Source: an uncultured Acidobacteriota bacterium (lineage in GTDB: Bacteria > Acidobacteriota > Thermoanaerobaculia > Multivoradales > UBA5704). Taken from it: a DNA stretch of 64,000 nt. A program made the position numbers and the translations under genes. This document shows, piece after piece, positions 18,582 to 28,300 of this stretch; positions within the stretch are counted from its first letter, which is position 1, and the number at the start of each line of letters is the position of its first letter. Under the pieces are notes generated by a model. The model was not told where the DNA came from and did no database searches. It worked only from the letters and a program-made list of their open reading frames with translations. The stretch spans positions 3,296,001-3,360,000 of the forward strand of contig OY969474.1 in NCBI GenBank assembly GCA_963700145.1, in the 5' to 3' direction.

Positions 18582-19490
18582 CTACTTGCCCAGCGCCCTC
18601 TCCAGCCGCCGCTCGAGGACGTAGTCGCCGTCGAAGCGCTCCAGGGCGAGGGCTTCGCGCAGGGCGCCGTGGAGGGCGGCTTCTGGCACCAGGCCGACGA
18701 TCTCGCTGCCGACGACCTCGGTCCCCAACGCTTCGGCCTCCTGCCGCACGCGCGCCAGGGCCGCGGCCAGCGACGTGCGGCGGAAGTCGAGGAGGTTCAT
18801 CGACACCTGCGCCTTCCGCCGGCTCTCTAGGTAGACGCCGATCGCCCGCACCGCTGGCAAGCCCCCCTCCGCCCCCTCGCGCACGCGCGCCGCGATCCGC
18901 CGCGCCACGGCCGAGTCGTCGGTCTCGAGGACGACGTTGAAGGCGATCAGGAAGGGGCGCGCGCCGACGATCGTGCCGCCGGCCGTCGGATGCGGCCGCG
19001 GCGGGCCGAAGTCGGGGGCCCAGGCGGGGTCGGCGAGGCGCGCCGGCAGCCCTTCGAAGCCGCCGCGGCGGAGGTCGGGGAGACGCCGCCGCTCGGGGCG
19101 CCGCGCCGCTTCCTCGTAGAGGTAGACCGGCAGGTCGAAGCGCGCCGCCACCGCTTCGCCCAAGCGCACGGCCGCGGCCACCGCGTCGGCCATCTCCGCG
19201 CCGGCCAGCGGCACGAAGGGAACGACGTCCACCGCCCCGATCCGCGGGTGGACGCCGCGCTGGAGCGTCAGGTCGATCTCCGCGAGCGCCGTCTCGTAGA
19301 GCGCGAGGAGGGCCGCATGGAGCGGACCGGGCTCGCCGGCCAGGGTGAGGACGGTGCGGTTGTAGTCGGGGTCGGAGGAGACGTCGAGGAGAGCGACGCC
19401 GGCCGGCGAGGCGGCCGCGCGGGCCAGCGCGGCGACCGTTTCGGGGCGCCGCCCCTCGCTTACGTTGGGCACGCACTCGAGCCACGGCAA
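18582..19490 (-). CDS. ftcD: glutamate formimidoyltransferase
   Basis: ECVPNVSEGR, DPDYNRTV, GVHPRIGAVDVVPF, GARPFLIAFNV, QVSMNL. Confidence 0.92.
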   Translation of the reverse strand: MPWLECVPNVSEGRRPETVAALARAAASPAGVALLDVSSDPDYNRTVLTLAGEPGPLHAALLALYETALAEIDLTLQRGVHPRIGAVDVVPFVPLAGAEMADAVAAAVRLGEAVAARFDLPVYLYEEAARRPERRRLPDLRRGGFEGLPARLADPAWAPDFGPPRPHPTAGGTIVGARPFLIAFNVVLETDDSAVARRIAARVREGAEGGLPAVRAIGVYLESRRKAQVSMNLLDFRRTSLAAALARVRQEAEALGTEVVGSEIVGLVPEAALHGALREALALERFDGDYVLERRLERALGK

Positions 19491-19516
19491 GGCGCGGCAA
19501 AGTATAGTCAAGGGCG

Positions 19517-21631
19517 ATGGCGTACCGCGGGAACCCCGCTCTCCCAGCCGACACCCAGCGCCGGATCCAGGGCACGTTCGAGCAGACGCTCGATCTGGCC
19601 GAGGACGGCAACCGGCAGGAGGCGCTGCTCGGCTGCGACTTCATCCTGCGTATGGACCCGCGCTTCGAGCCGGCGCGCCGGCTCCAGGACCGGCTGCAGG
19701 AGGCGAGCGGCGCGGTCCACGTCCAGGACCTGCGGCTGGGGCTCGACGACGCGGCGCCCGCCCCGGCCGCGGCGGCGGCCGGGCCGGCGGAGGACCTCTG
19801 GGGCGGCCTCGACTTGGGCGAGCTCCCCGAGCTGCCGCCGCTCGACTTCGACCCCAAGGAGACCATCTCCCTCCCGGCGCCGGCGGCTGTTTCGCAGCCG
19901 GCCGGTTCGCAGCCGGCCCCGCCGGCCGCGGGCCATACCGTCGCCCTCCGCGGCGAGCTCACCGCGCTGCTCGAGCGGCGCGCCTTCGGCGATCTGCTGA
20001 CCGCCGCCGGGCGCGAGCGGGAGGCGGTGGCGGACGACCCCGAGCTCTTCGCCCTGGTCGAGACGGCGCAGTCGCGCCTCGAGGCCGAGCCCTACGTCGC
20101 CAAGTTCCTGGCCGGCGCGCGCGCCGCCCGCGAGGACGGCAACGAGATCGAAGCCGAGCGCCTGCTCGCCAAGGCGCGCTCGCTCGACCCGACACACCCC
20201 GGGCTCGCCGACCTCGCCGAACGCCCGGCCGCGCCGCCGCCGCCGCCGAAACCGCAGGCGGTGCCCTTCGCCGCCGACTCGCTCTTCTCGGGCGACACCG
20301 CCGAGTTCGAGCGGCGGGCCGTCGTCGGCGGCGAGTCGGAGAGCGACCGGCGCATCGCCGACCTCCTCGCCGAGGGGCAGGCGGCCTACGACCGCGGCGA
20401 TTACCAGAACGCGATCGACGCCTGGTCGCGCATCTTCCTCATCGACATCGACCACCAGGAGGCGGCGTCGCGGATCGAGCAGGCGCGTAAGCTCAAGGCC
20501 GAAGGGGAGCGGCAGGTCGAGGAGGTCTTCCATGACGGCCTGTCGCGCCTCGACGCCGGCGACACCGCCGCCGCCCGCACCGCCTTCGAAAAGGTGCTCG
20601 AGATGCAGCCCGGGCACCTGACGGCGCGCGAGCTGCTGCAGCAGATCGAGGCGGGAAAGGTGCCGGCGGCGCGCCCCGCCGCGCTGTCGTCGGCGGCGCT
20701 CGCGAGCCCGCTGCGGGACGGGACCGCCGGCGCGGCCGCCGCCGCCGAGCTCAAAGAAGAGATCCTGGTCCCCCCCGAGCCGGGGGAGGCGGTCTCCGGC
20801 GAGCGCCGCACCCTGCCGGCGGCGGCCAAGCCGGCGCGTCCGGCCCGCGGCCTGCGCACCTTCGCGCTCGTCGGCGGCGCGGTGGCGCTGCTCGTCCTCG
20901 CCGGCGCCTGGTTCCTCTTCCAGAACCGCGACCGCTTCTTCCCCAACTCGGCCGCGGAGCCGGCCGCCGCCGAGACCGACCCGATCGCGCGCGCCACGGC
21001 GCTCCACCGCGAGGGGCGGGCGCCGTTTGCCATCGCGCAGCTCCGCCGCCTGCCGCCGGGGGACCCCCGCTACCGGGAGGCGCAGGAGCTGATCCGGCGC
21101 TGGGAGGCGGAAGCCGCGCCGGCGGCGCCGACCGCGCCGGTCCTCGCTCCCGAGCTGGCCGCCCGCCGCGAGGAGCGCCTCGGGGCCGGGCGCGCCGCGC
21201 TCGCCGGGCGCGACTACCTGGCGGCGATCGCCGCCCTGGAGAGTGCCTCGGCCATCCAGCCGCTGGCGCCGCCCGAGGCCGGGCTCCTCCGCCAGGCGCG
21301 CGCCGGCCTCGAGCCGCTGGCGTCGGAGCTCGCGCTCTTCCGGCAGCAGGACTGGCAGTTCGTGGTGCCGCAGCTCTGGCGCCGGCGCGAGGCGGACCCG
21401 GGCGACCCGTCCGTCAACCGGCTCCTGGTCGACTCCTACTACAACCTCGGCGTGCAGGCGCTGCAGGGGCAGGACGTGGCGAAGGCGGAGGACCACTTCA
21501 AGGAGGCGCTGCAGCTCGCGCCCGGGGACGGCGAGGCGCGCCGCCACCTCGAGCTCGCGCGGGCCTACCGGGAGCGCGCGCCGGACCTGCTCTACCGCAT
21601 CTACGTCAAGCACGTCCCCTTCCGCGGCTGA
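19517..21631 (+). CDS. TPR-repeat membrane-anchored protein
   Basis: TPR-like helices (GDYQNAIDAWSRIFLID; YYNLGV...FKEALQLAP); one central TM helix. Confidence 0.8.
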   Translation: MAYRGNPALPADTQRRIQGTFEQTLDLAEDGNRQEALLGCDFILRMDPRFEPARRLQDRLQEASGAVHVQDLRLGLDDAAPAPAAAAAGPAEDLWGGLDLGELPELPPLDFDPKETISLPAPAAVSQPAGSQPAPPAAGHTVALRGELTALLERRAFGDLLTAAGREREAVADDPELFALVETAQSRLEAEPYVAKFLAGARAAREDGNEIEAERLLAKARSLDPTHPGLADLAERPAAPPPPPKPQAVPFAADSLFSGDTAEFERRAVVGGESESDRRIADLLAEGQAAYDRGDYQNAIDAWSRIFLIDIDHQEAASRIEQARKLKAEGERQVEEVFHDGLSRLDAGDTAAARTAFEKVLEMQPGHLTARELLQQIEAGKVPAARPAALSSAALASPLRDGTAGAAAAAELKEEILVPPEPGEAVSGERRTLPAAAKPARPARGLRTFALVGGAVALLVLAGAWFLFQNRDRFFPNSAAEPAAAETDPIARATALHREGRAPFAIAQLRRLPPGDPRYREAQELIRRWEAEAAPAAPTAPVLAPELAARREERLGAGRAALAGRDYLAAIAALESASAIQPLAPPEAGLLRQARAGLEPLASELALFRQQDWQFVVPQLWRRREADPGDPSVNRLLVDSYYNLGVQALQGQDVAKAEDHFKEALQLAPGDGEARRHLELARAYRERAPDLLYRIYVKHVPFRG

Positions 21632-21640
21632 GGCGAGACG

Positions 21641-22282
21641 ATGCCGCGCCGCTGGGCGGAAGACGACGAGCCGACCCTTTTCGACCTGCCGCTCGACCCG
21701 GAGGCCGCGGCGGCGGAGGGCAAGCGGGCGCCGCGCGCGCCGCGCGAGGAGCGGCCGCACCCGGCGCCGGCGCCGACGCTGCCGCTCTTCACGCCGGCCG
21801 CCGAGGAGCCGCGCCCGCCCGCGCCGGTCCCGGCCCGCGGCGGGCGCGGCGGCGAGCGCACGGGCGCCTACGCCGTGGCGGAGCCGGCGACGCTCTCCGC
21901 CGACCGCCGCAGCCGCCTCTTCGCCGGCCTAGCCGACCTCCTGGTGCACGCCGCGGTCGGCGTGGCGGCGGCGGCCGGGGCGCTGCTACTGGGCGCGCGC
22001 CTGGCGCCGGCGCACTGGCCGGCCTTCGCCGTCTTCCTCCTCACCTTCTCCTTCCTTTACTCGGTCGTGCCGCTGGCCTTCTGGGGGCAGACGCTGGGGA
22101 TGGCCTGGGCGGGCCTGCTGGCGGTCAACGCCGACGGCCAGCCGCTCGCCTTCGAGCAGACCGGCCTGCGCTGGCTGGGGGGCCTGCTGACCTGCGCCAC
22201 GCTCGGGCTGCCGCTCCTCCTGGCGCGCCGCCGCTCCCTCGCCGACGTGCTGAGCCGGTCGGTCACGCTGCGCCGCCGGTGA
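21641..22282 (+). CDS. RDD family membrane protein
   Basis: RLFAGLADLL, GQTLGM, RSLADVLSRS. Confidence 0.8.
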   Translation: MPRRWAEDDEPTLFDLPLDPEAAAAEGKRAPRAPREERPHPAPAPTLPLFTPAAEEPRPPAPVPARGGRGGERTGAYAVAEPATLSADRRSRLFAGLADLLVHAAVGVAAAAGALLLGARLAPAHWPAFAVFLLTFSFLYSVVPLAFWGQTLGMAWAGLLAVNADGQPLAFEQTGLRWLGGLLTCATLGLPLLLARRRSLADVLSRSVTLRRR

Positions 22283-23889
22283 GCGAGCCGCGCGCCACTC
22301 CGCGCCCCTTCGCGCCGCCGCCCGGCGAGCTGACCTCGGCGGGCGCGCGCCAGGCCAAGCAGCTCGAGGTCCTCAACGAGATCGCCCGCCTGGCGACTCT
22401 GGACGTTGGGCTCCGGCCGCTGCTCCAGGCGATCGTCGAGGCGCTGGCGCAGAAGTTCGACTGGGAGTTCGTGGCCTGCGTCACGCTCGATCGCGAGCGC
22501 GACCGCTTCGTCTGCGAGGCGCTGGTCTCCGGCGGGCCGACCGACGTCCACGTCGGCTACAGCCGCGCGCTCGGCACCGGCGTGGTCGGCGAGGTGGCGT
22601 CCACCGGCCGGTCGATCCTGCTCGACGACGTGCGCTCCTCCACCAACTACATCGAGACCGCCCCCGGCGTCGTCTCGGAGCTCTGCGTCCCGGTCAAGGC
22701 GGCCGGCAGCGTGGTCGCCGTCCTCAACGTCGAGAGCACCCGCCCGGCGGCCTTCCGCGGGCAGCTCGCGCTGCTCGAGACGGTCGCCGACCAGGTGTCG
22801 AGCGCGCTGACCAGCGCGCGCCTCTACCAGGAGGCCAAGCGCCGCGTGCGGCTGCTCGAGATGGTCAGCGAGGTCTCCAAGGCCGCGCTCGAGGCGGGGG
22901 AGCTCGAGCCGCTCCTCGACGGCATCGTGCGCTACGTCCACGAGCGCTTCCGCGTGGAGATCGCGGCGATCGTCCTGCTCGGGCGCGACGGCAAGGATTA
23001 CGAGCTGGCGGCGATCGCCGCCAGCGGCCCGATCGCGGTGGCGCGCGGCAAGCGCTGGCCGCTGACCTCCGGGGTCGTCGGCCGCGGCCTGCGCACCGGG
23101 GAGGAGCAGCTCGTGCTCGACGTCCGCCACGACCCGGACTACCAGCCCGACTTCCCGCACATCGCCGCCGAGTACGTGGTGCCGATCCGGCTGCGCGACC
23201 GGCTGCTCGGCGTCCTCGATCTCGAGAGCTCCTCGCCCGACCGCTTCTCGCCCGAGGACCGCCTGGTCTTCCGCACCTTCGCCGACCAGCTCGCCGGCGC
23301 GATCCACATCGCGGCGATGAACCGCGAGCTCGAGGACGCCAACCGGCGGCTCCAGGAGGCCAACGTCGGGCTGCAGCTGCTCTCGGCGCTCGACGGCCTG
23401 ACCGGCATCGCCAACCGCCGCCGCTTCGAGGAGGTCCTCGACCTCGAGTGGCGGCGCGCCTCCCGCGCCGGGCTGCCGCTCGCCATCGCCATGGTCGACA
23501 TCGACCACTTCAAGCGCTACAACGACGCGCAAGGGCACCAGCGCGGCGACGACTGCCTGGTGCGGGTGGCGCACGCCCTGGCCGGCAGCCTCCACCGCGC
23601 CGGCGACTTCGTGGCGCGCTACGGCGGCGAGGAGTTCGTCGTCGTGCTGCCGGGGAGCGACGAGGAGCAGGCCGTCGCCTACGCAGAGACCCTGCGGCGC
23701 GGCATCGAGGCGCTGGCGATCCCGCATGACGGCTCGGCGACCGCCGGTGTCGTGACGGTGAGCGCCGGCGTCGCCGCCGCGGTCCCCGAGCCCGGCGCCC
23801 CCCCGGCCGAGCTCGTCGAAGCCGCCGACCGCGCCCTCTACGCCGCCAAGCGTGGGGGCCGCAACCGCGTCGAGCGCGCCGGCGGCTAA
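22279..23889 (+). CDS. GAF-GAF-GGDEF diguanylate cyclase
   Basis: two GAF domains; DGLTGIANRR, DIDHFKRYND, RAGD I-site, RYGGEEF. Confidence 0.93.
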   Translation: MSEPRATPRPFAPPPGELTSAGARQAKQLEVLNEIARLATLDVGLRPLLQAIVEALAQKFDWEFVACVTLDRERDRFVCEALVSGGPTDVHVGYSRALGTGVVGEVASTGRSILLDDVRSSTNYIETAPGVVSELCVPVKAAGSVVAVLNVESTRPAAFRGQLALLETVADQVSSALTSARLYQEAKRRVRLLEMVSEVSKAALEAGELEPLLDGIVRYVHERFRVEIAAIVLLGRDGKDYELAAIAASGPIAVARGKRWPLTSGVVGRGLRTGEEQLVLDVRHDPDYQPDFPHIAAEYVVPIRLRDRLLGVLDLESSSPDRFSPEDRLVFRTFADQLAGAIHIAAMNRELEDANRRLQEANVGLQLLSALDGLTGIANRRRFEEVLDLEWRRASRAGLPLAIAMVDIDHFKRYNDAQGHQRGDDCLVRVAHALAGSLHRAGDFVARYGGEEFVVVLPGSDEEQAVAYAETLRRGIEALAIPHDGSATAGVVTVSAGVAAAVPEPGAPPAELVEAADRALYAAKRGGRNRVERAGG

Positions 23890-24494
23890 CCCGCGCGCCG
23901 CCGCTCGCGCCAGAGCGACCAGGCGATCCAGAGGTTCCCGGCGAAGGTGGCGGCGGCGAGGACGGCGAGCGGCGGTAGCGCCGGCCAGAGGGCGAGGAGT
24001 CCGGCGGCCTGATAGAGCAGGCCGCAGACGCGGAACGGCTCGAAGGCGAGGCCGCCCAGGAGCCAGAGCGAGTGGCCGAGGAGGAGGAGCCAGAGGGCCG
24101 GCAGCGCCCAGGCCAGGTCCTGCCAGACGAGCAGGACCGACAGCGTCAGCGCCACCAGCGACAGGTTCCCCTGGACCGACAGCGCCCACCCCGCGAGCGG
24201 CGTGCCGCCCCGTCCCAGCCGCCGCGCCCGCACATGCCCGGCCACCTCCACCGCCCCAGCGACCAGGATCGCCGCCGACCAGACGAGCAGCACCGCCGCC
24301 GGCCCGCTGGCGCGCAGAGCAGCCGGCGTCAGCAGCGCCGCCGCCGGCAGCGCCAGCGCCCAAGCAATCCAAGGCCAGGGAGAGGAGAGGTAGGGCCGGC
24401 TCGCCGCCCGGAACCGGTCGCGCACCGCCTCGAGGTCGTCGCCATCCTGCGCCGGCGACCAGTCCACCAGCGGGTCGTACTCGGACGAAGGCAT
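23886..24494 (-). CDS. hypothetical multi-pass membrane protein
   Basis: GGAGG RBS; about 6 hydrophobic helices. Confidence 0.75.
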   Translation of the reverse strand: MPSSEYDPLVDWSPAQDGDDLEAVRDRFRAASRPYLSSPWPWIAWALALPAAALLTPAALRASGPAAVLLVWSAAILVAGAVEVAGHVRARRLGRGGTPLAGWALSVQGNLSLVALTLSVLLVWQDLAWALPALWLLLLGHSLWLLGGLAFEPFRVCGLLYQAAGLLALWPALPPLAVLAAATFAGNLWIAWSLWRERRRAG

Positions 24495-24564
24495 CACCTC
24501 CAGGATACGTCCGAGATGGCGGGATCGTTCGAGGAGGGGAAAATGCGCCGCAGGCCGCGTGCGC

Positions 24565-24903
24565 CTAGCGGATGTGTTGCAGGTACTCACGTCCCGGGTA
24601 GGACATCCTCGCCTCCGCCAGGATCCGCGGTCCGATGTAGGGGCTGAGGGCTTCGGGCGTCATCAGCTCGACGCTGCGCTGCAGGGCGTCTTCCAGGAGG
24701 GAGGCGAGGGCGACGAAGTGGTCGAAGGTCTTCTGCCCCGCTGTGAACTCGACGAGGAGATCCACGTCGCTCCCCGCGCGTCCTTCGCCGCGGGCGAACG
24801 ACCCGAAGAGCGCCAGCCTGCGCACCCCGAGCGCACGCACCTCAGGAGCCGTGCTCTCCAGGCGCTGCAGGAGGTCCTCGCGCGTTTCGACGGCGGCCGC
24901 CAT
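24565..24903 (-). CDS. MNT antitoxin fused to a 13-aa stub of the HepT/DUF86 toxin start
   Basis: GVRRLALFGSFARGEGRAGSDVDLLVEF...LSPYIGPRILAEA then MSYPGREYLQHIR*. Confidence 0.8.
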   Translation of the reverse strand: MAAAVETREDLLQRLESTAPEVRALGVRRLALFGSFARGEGRAGSDVDLLVEFTAGQKTFDHFVALASLLEDALQRSVELMTPEALSPYIGPRILAEARMSYPGREYLQHIR

Positions 24904-24947
24904 GCGCTCATCCTCGCACAGGGGCGGCACACGCGCGATTCGTTGCG

Positions 24948-25041
24948 CTACTCCGCCTCCCGCGCCTGCTCGGTCAGGATCGTCAGCCGATTGTCGACCA
25001 TCTGGGCGAAGCCCTTTGCCCAGCTTGTAGAGGAGCGGCGC
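24948..25041 (-). pseudogene. atpC: duplicate fragment of the atpC 3' end with an internal deletion
   Basis: 24952-25013 matches 31862-31923 at 58/62; 25015-25041 matches about 31978-32004. Confidence 0.85.
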
Positions 25042-25042
25042 C

Positions 25043-25114
25043 GCCATCCTGCGCCGGCGACCAGTCCACCAGCGGTCGCACTCGGAGGACATCGCTCCCT
25101 AGGATACGTCCGAG
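25043..25114 (-). repeat. duplicate of the 5' end and leader of the 23886-24494 gene
   Basis: near-identical to 24441-24515 (GCCATCCTGCGCCGGCGACCAGTCCACCAG...AGGATACGTCCGAG). Confidence 0.85.
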
Positions 25115-25130
25115 GAGGCGCTTCTCAGTC

Positions 25131-25290
25131 TCAAGAGAGCTGCGGCCCTCCGCCTCGGCTCGTGTGCCAGAGACCGAGCACCTCGATGGCGTCTCCTGCT
25201 ATCGAGTAGTAGAGGTAGTAATGGATGCGAGAAAGGTGGAGCCGGCGGACGCCCGGGAACTCGAGGTCGCGGGCCCGGCTTCCGGCAAGA
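25131..25290 (-). pseudogene. C-terminal half of a RelE/ParE toxin
   Basis: GVRRLHLSRIHYYLYYSIAGDAIEVLGLWHTSRG*; N-terminal half and start missing. Confidence 0.75.
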
Positions 25291-25291
25291 A

Positions 25292-25507
25292 CTAGTCCCG
25301 GAGCTCGTCCAGCGGCTGCCAGCCGTCTTTCCCTTCGCCGCGTCCCGCTTGGGCCAGGGCAGCGGTCAGCTGAGAACGTTCCTCTGGTGTGAGGTCGAAT
25401 TCCTCTTCCGACTCCGAGACCAGCACGGTCACCACCTCTCCTTCACCAATCGCGCCGTCGGGAAAGTCCAGGTGTCCATTCACGAGCTTGGCAGTGAGGA
25501 CTTTCAT
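25292..25507 (-). CDS. putative antitoxin (addiction-module type)
   Basis: 71 aa, acidic, FDLTPEERSQL..ALAQAGRGEG; directly upstream of the ParE remnant. Confidence 0.7.
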   Translation of the reverse strand: MKVLTAKLVNGHLDFPDGAIGEGEVVTVLVSESEEEFDLTPEERSQLTAALAQAGRGEGKDGWQPLDELRD

Positions 25508-26147
25508 GCAGCGATTCTAGCGTCGCTCGCGCTGTGCCGAGGTTCCAGATCTGCTCGCCCTCACGGAGAACCGGCTCGGCTAAGCGGAGCCAAGAACCGT
25601 TCGAATTGAGGCGATTCGGTCCTCTCGTTCGTTCTTCCTCCACCTGGCCTCAGCAATCTCTCGGCCAGGCATAGGAGAACGGACATGAGCCTCAGCAGGT
25701 CACGCGTAACATTCCTCGTCCCCGTCCTGTTGCTCGCCTCGGCGAGCTGGACGGCCGTCCTGGCACAGGGCACACCGCCCTTTTGCCCGGGAAATCTGGT
25801 TGCTAACGGAAACTTTACGAACGGACTCGTCGCTGGGAAGATGCCCAGCATCGGAGCGGTAGCCAACTGGTCTAGGGCCTACGAAACTCCTGACGTGAGC
25901 GCCGCCATGGGGTGTCAGGATGTCGGCGCGGTCGGCATGTGGGGAAACTTGAACACGACCATCGGTGAGGGCTTGCAGCAGAGCCTGGGCTCGAACGCGC
26001 TGGTCGCTGGCAAAACCTATCTGGTTGATCTCTGTGTCAGGCGGATCAACGACCCCGACAAGCAGAATTACGCCATTTTCAGGGTGCGTGCTTCCGCCCT
26101 CCCGAAGACATCCGCGGGAACGGCCGATACAATGGGCAACAATATAC

Positions 26148-26176
26148 TTGACACACCCGGCTAGCCCTGCTAGAGT
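26148..26176 (+). promoter_or_regulatory. transposase promoter starting in IRL, probably leaderless
   Basis: TTGACA-17 bp-TAGAGT with upstream TG; ATG 7 nt downstream. Confidence 0.7.
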
Positions 26177-26183
26177 CCGGGGC

Positions 26184-27140
26184 ATGGACAGACAGAGCGC
26201 CGTCCCCGAGACCCTGGTAGGAGCCATCCGGTACTTCACAGACCCGGACGTTTGCCTCGCCTTCGTCGCTGGCCTCAGGTGGCCCGATGGGCGGGTGACT
26301 TGCCCGAGCTGCCAGGGGACGGAGCATTCCTTTCTGAGCACCCGCCGCCTGTGGAAGTGCCGCGGCTGCAAGCGGCAATTCTCGGTCAAGATCGGGACCA
26401 TTTTCGAGGACTCGCCGATTGGTCTGGACAAATGGCTGCCGGCGCTCTGGATGGTCGTGAACTGCAAGAACGGCATCAGCAGCTACGAGATTGCCCGCGC
26501 GCTCGGCGTGACTCAGAAAACCGGCTGGTTCATGGCGCACCGCATTCGCCTTGCGATGCAGTCCGGCAGCTTCGACAAGATGCGCGGCGAGGTCGAAGTG
26601 GATGAAACCTTTATCGGGGGTCGCGCCCGCTTCATGCACAAGAGCAAGCGCGCTCGGAAGATCAAGGGTCGCGGCCCGATGGGGAAGGTTGCGGTTATGG
26701 GGCTGCTTGAGCGGCACGGCGACGACGGCCACAGCCGCGTCCGTACCCGCGTCGTCCCCAACGTCAAGCGGAAGACTCTCGCGCCGGAAGTGCGGCAGCA
26801 CGTCGAGCCCGGCTCCGAAGTGTTTACCGATTCCCTCCGCTCCTACAGCGAGCTGGCGTCTGACTACGTGCATGGCGTCATCGACCACGCCGAGTGCTAC
26901 GTCGAGGGGAAGATTCATACCAACGGCCTGGAGAACTTCTGGAGCCTGCTCAAGCGCGGGATCAAGGGAACCTACGTGAGTGTCGAGCCGTTCCACCTGC
27001 ATCGCTACCTCGACGAGCAAGCCTTCCGCTTCAACAAGCGGAGAGGGACCGACGGCTGGCGCTTCCTGCAAGCCGCCGCTGGTATCATCGGCAAGCGCCT
27101 GATGTACCGCGAGCTGATCGGCGACTTTGCGACGACGTGA
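26184..27140 (+). CDS. IS1595/ISXO2-like DDE transposase
   Basis: CPSC..CRGC Zn ribbon, GTIFEDS, EVDETFIGG, FTD, HTNGLENFWSLLKR, YLDEQAFRFN. Confidence 0.95.
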   Translation: MDRQSAVPETLVGAIRYFTDPDVCLAFVAGLRWPDGRVTCPSCQGTEHSFLSTRRLWKCRGCKRQFSVKIGTIFEDSPIGLDKWLPALWMVVNCKNGISSYEIARALGVTQKTGWFMAHRIRLAMQSGSFDKMRGEVEVDETFIGGRARFMHKSKRARKIKGRGPMGKVAVMGLLERHGDDGHSRVRTRVVPNVKRKTLAPEVRQHVEPGSEVFTDSLRSYSELASDYVHGVIDHAECYVEGKIHTNGLENFWSLLKRGIKGTYVSVEPFHLHRYLDEQAFRFNKRRGTDGWRFLQAAAGIIGKRLMYRELIGDFATT

Positions 27141-27176
27141 GGCACCGGAAGGACGCGGCAAGCGGAGGAAGAAACG

Positions 27177-27353
27177 ATGAAAGCCAAGCGCGAGGAGCCG
27201 GAGCGACCGCCGCCGGGACAGACGCCGTTCGAGAGGTTCACGGAGTTTGCCCGGCGGATTATCGCCGTTCCGAAGTCAGAGGTCGCGGAGCGGGAGCGCG
27301 AGTACCGCGAGGGGAGGGCGGCGGGGCGAACGCGCACGCCTAGATCCCCATAA
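27177..27353 (+). CDS. 58-aa small protein downstream of the transposase
   Basis: GGAGG RBS; PFERFTEFARRIIAVPKSEV; not in the ORF track (below length cut-off). Confidence 0.6.
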   Translation: MKAKREEPERPPPGQTPFERFTEFARRIIAVPKSEVAEREREYREGRAAGRTRTPRSP

Positions 27354-27711
27354 CGGCGGTAACGAAGTCTCGCACCTTCGCCTCCACCGCCTCCGTCGTC
27401 AGCGCCTCAAAGGAATACCGCTCATCCAGGTTCGGGAGGGTCGAGGAACAGACGGCCTCCCGCTTCTCCCGGTCCAAGTCGAAAGACAAGCTGTGCTTGC
27501 TTTCGACGTTGAGATAGATGCCGCCGTTCTTGCTCCCGGTCTGTCCCCCGATCTTCTTCGCCAGCGGCTCGACGGCTTCGTGGAACACGGCGCGGATGAC
27601 GGCTTTCTTCTGGCTCCAAAGCGCGTCTAGGGTCCGGGCCTCCTCGTCGCGCCTCCTCCGCGCGTCGAGCCCAACGTCGAGCAGCCGAGCTATGTCTTCC
27701 TTGAAGCTCAT
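27340..27711 (-). CDS. hypothetical protein (IS passenger)
   Basis: 123-aa ORF starting 3 nt after the RHH gene stop. Confidence 0.7.
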   Translation of the reverse strand: MSFKEDIARLLDVGLDARRRRDEEARTLDALWSQKKAVIRAVFHEAVEPLAKKIGGQTGSKNGGIYLNVESKHSLSFDLDREKREAVCSSTLPNLDERYSFEALTTEAVEAKVRDFVTAVMGI

Positions 27712-27714
27712 CTT

Positions 27715-27921
27715 CTAGTCCTCCACTCCTAGATACTCCCGCAGCGCCGCCCGCATGATGTCTGACTCTGAGCGGCGCTCCTTGTAGGCCCGCTCCCGCA
27801 GCGCCTCCGATTCGTCCTCGTGCAGCCATAGCGTCTTCCGCACCATCCCCGACTTCGTGACGGTCGTGAGGCCGCCGCGCGGCCCCTGGGGCTCTTTGGG
27901 CGCTGGTCTCTTTCGTGGCAT
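27715..27921 (-). CDS. ribbon-helix-helix (CopG-like) DNA-binding protein
   Basis: RKTLWLHEDESEALRERAYKERRSESDIMRAALREYLG. Confidence 0.8.
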   Translation of the reverse strand: MPRKRPAPKEPQGPRGGLTTVTKSGMVRKTLWLHEDESEALRERAYKERRSESDIMRAALREYLGVED

Positions 27922-27945
27922 GCGCCGGAGCGTAGTTACGTCGGT

Positions 27946-27974
27946 TTGACGTACATGCGTCGTTACGCTAGTCT
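27946..27974 (+). promoter_or_regulatory. promoter for the second symE-like gene, overlapped by an inverted repeat
   Basis: TTGACG-17 bp-TAGTCT; TACGTC-N5-GACGTA (27937-27953). Confidence 0.55.
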
Positions 27975-28102
27975 CCCCATCCTCACGACCAGGAGAGGAG
28001 GTGGGAGACCCGGACGGATGCGCGAGCAAGCGCCCGGCAGGAAGGGAGAGGGGGCGCAGCGCTACCTGCGCCCCTGCTTCCTCTCCTCTCTCACAAATTG
28101 CC

Positions 28103-28300
28103 ATGAAAGACAAGCTCATTGCCGTTACCGACTACTACCAAGGGAGGGGGGTGCGGGTGCCGATGATCCGGCTCCGTGGGCGATGGCTGGCGCGGGCAGG
28201 ATTCGAGCAAGGTCAGCGCGTGCGCGTCGAGCTGCTGGACGGGCTGCTGGTCCTCATCCCGCTGCCGCCCGATCCCTCGCGGGAGGAACCCCATGTCTAG
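28103..28300 (+). CDS. symE: SymE family toxin-like protein (IS passenger)
   Basis: VPMIRLRGRWLARAGFEQGQRVRVELLDGLLVL. Confidence 0.8.
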   Translation: MKDKLIAVTDYYQGRGVRVPMIRLRGRWLARAGFEQGQRVRVELLDGLLVLIPLPPDPSREEPHV

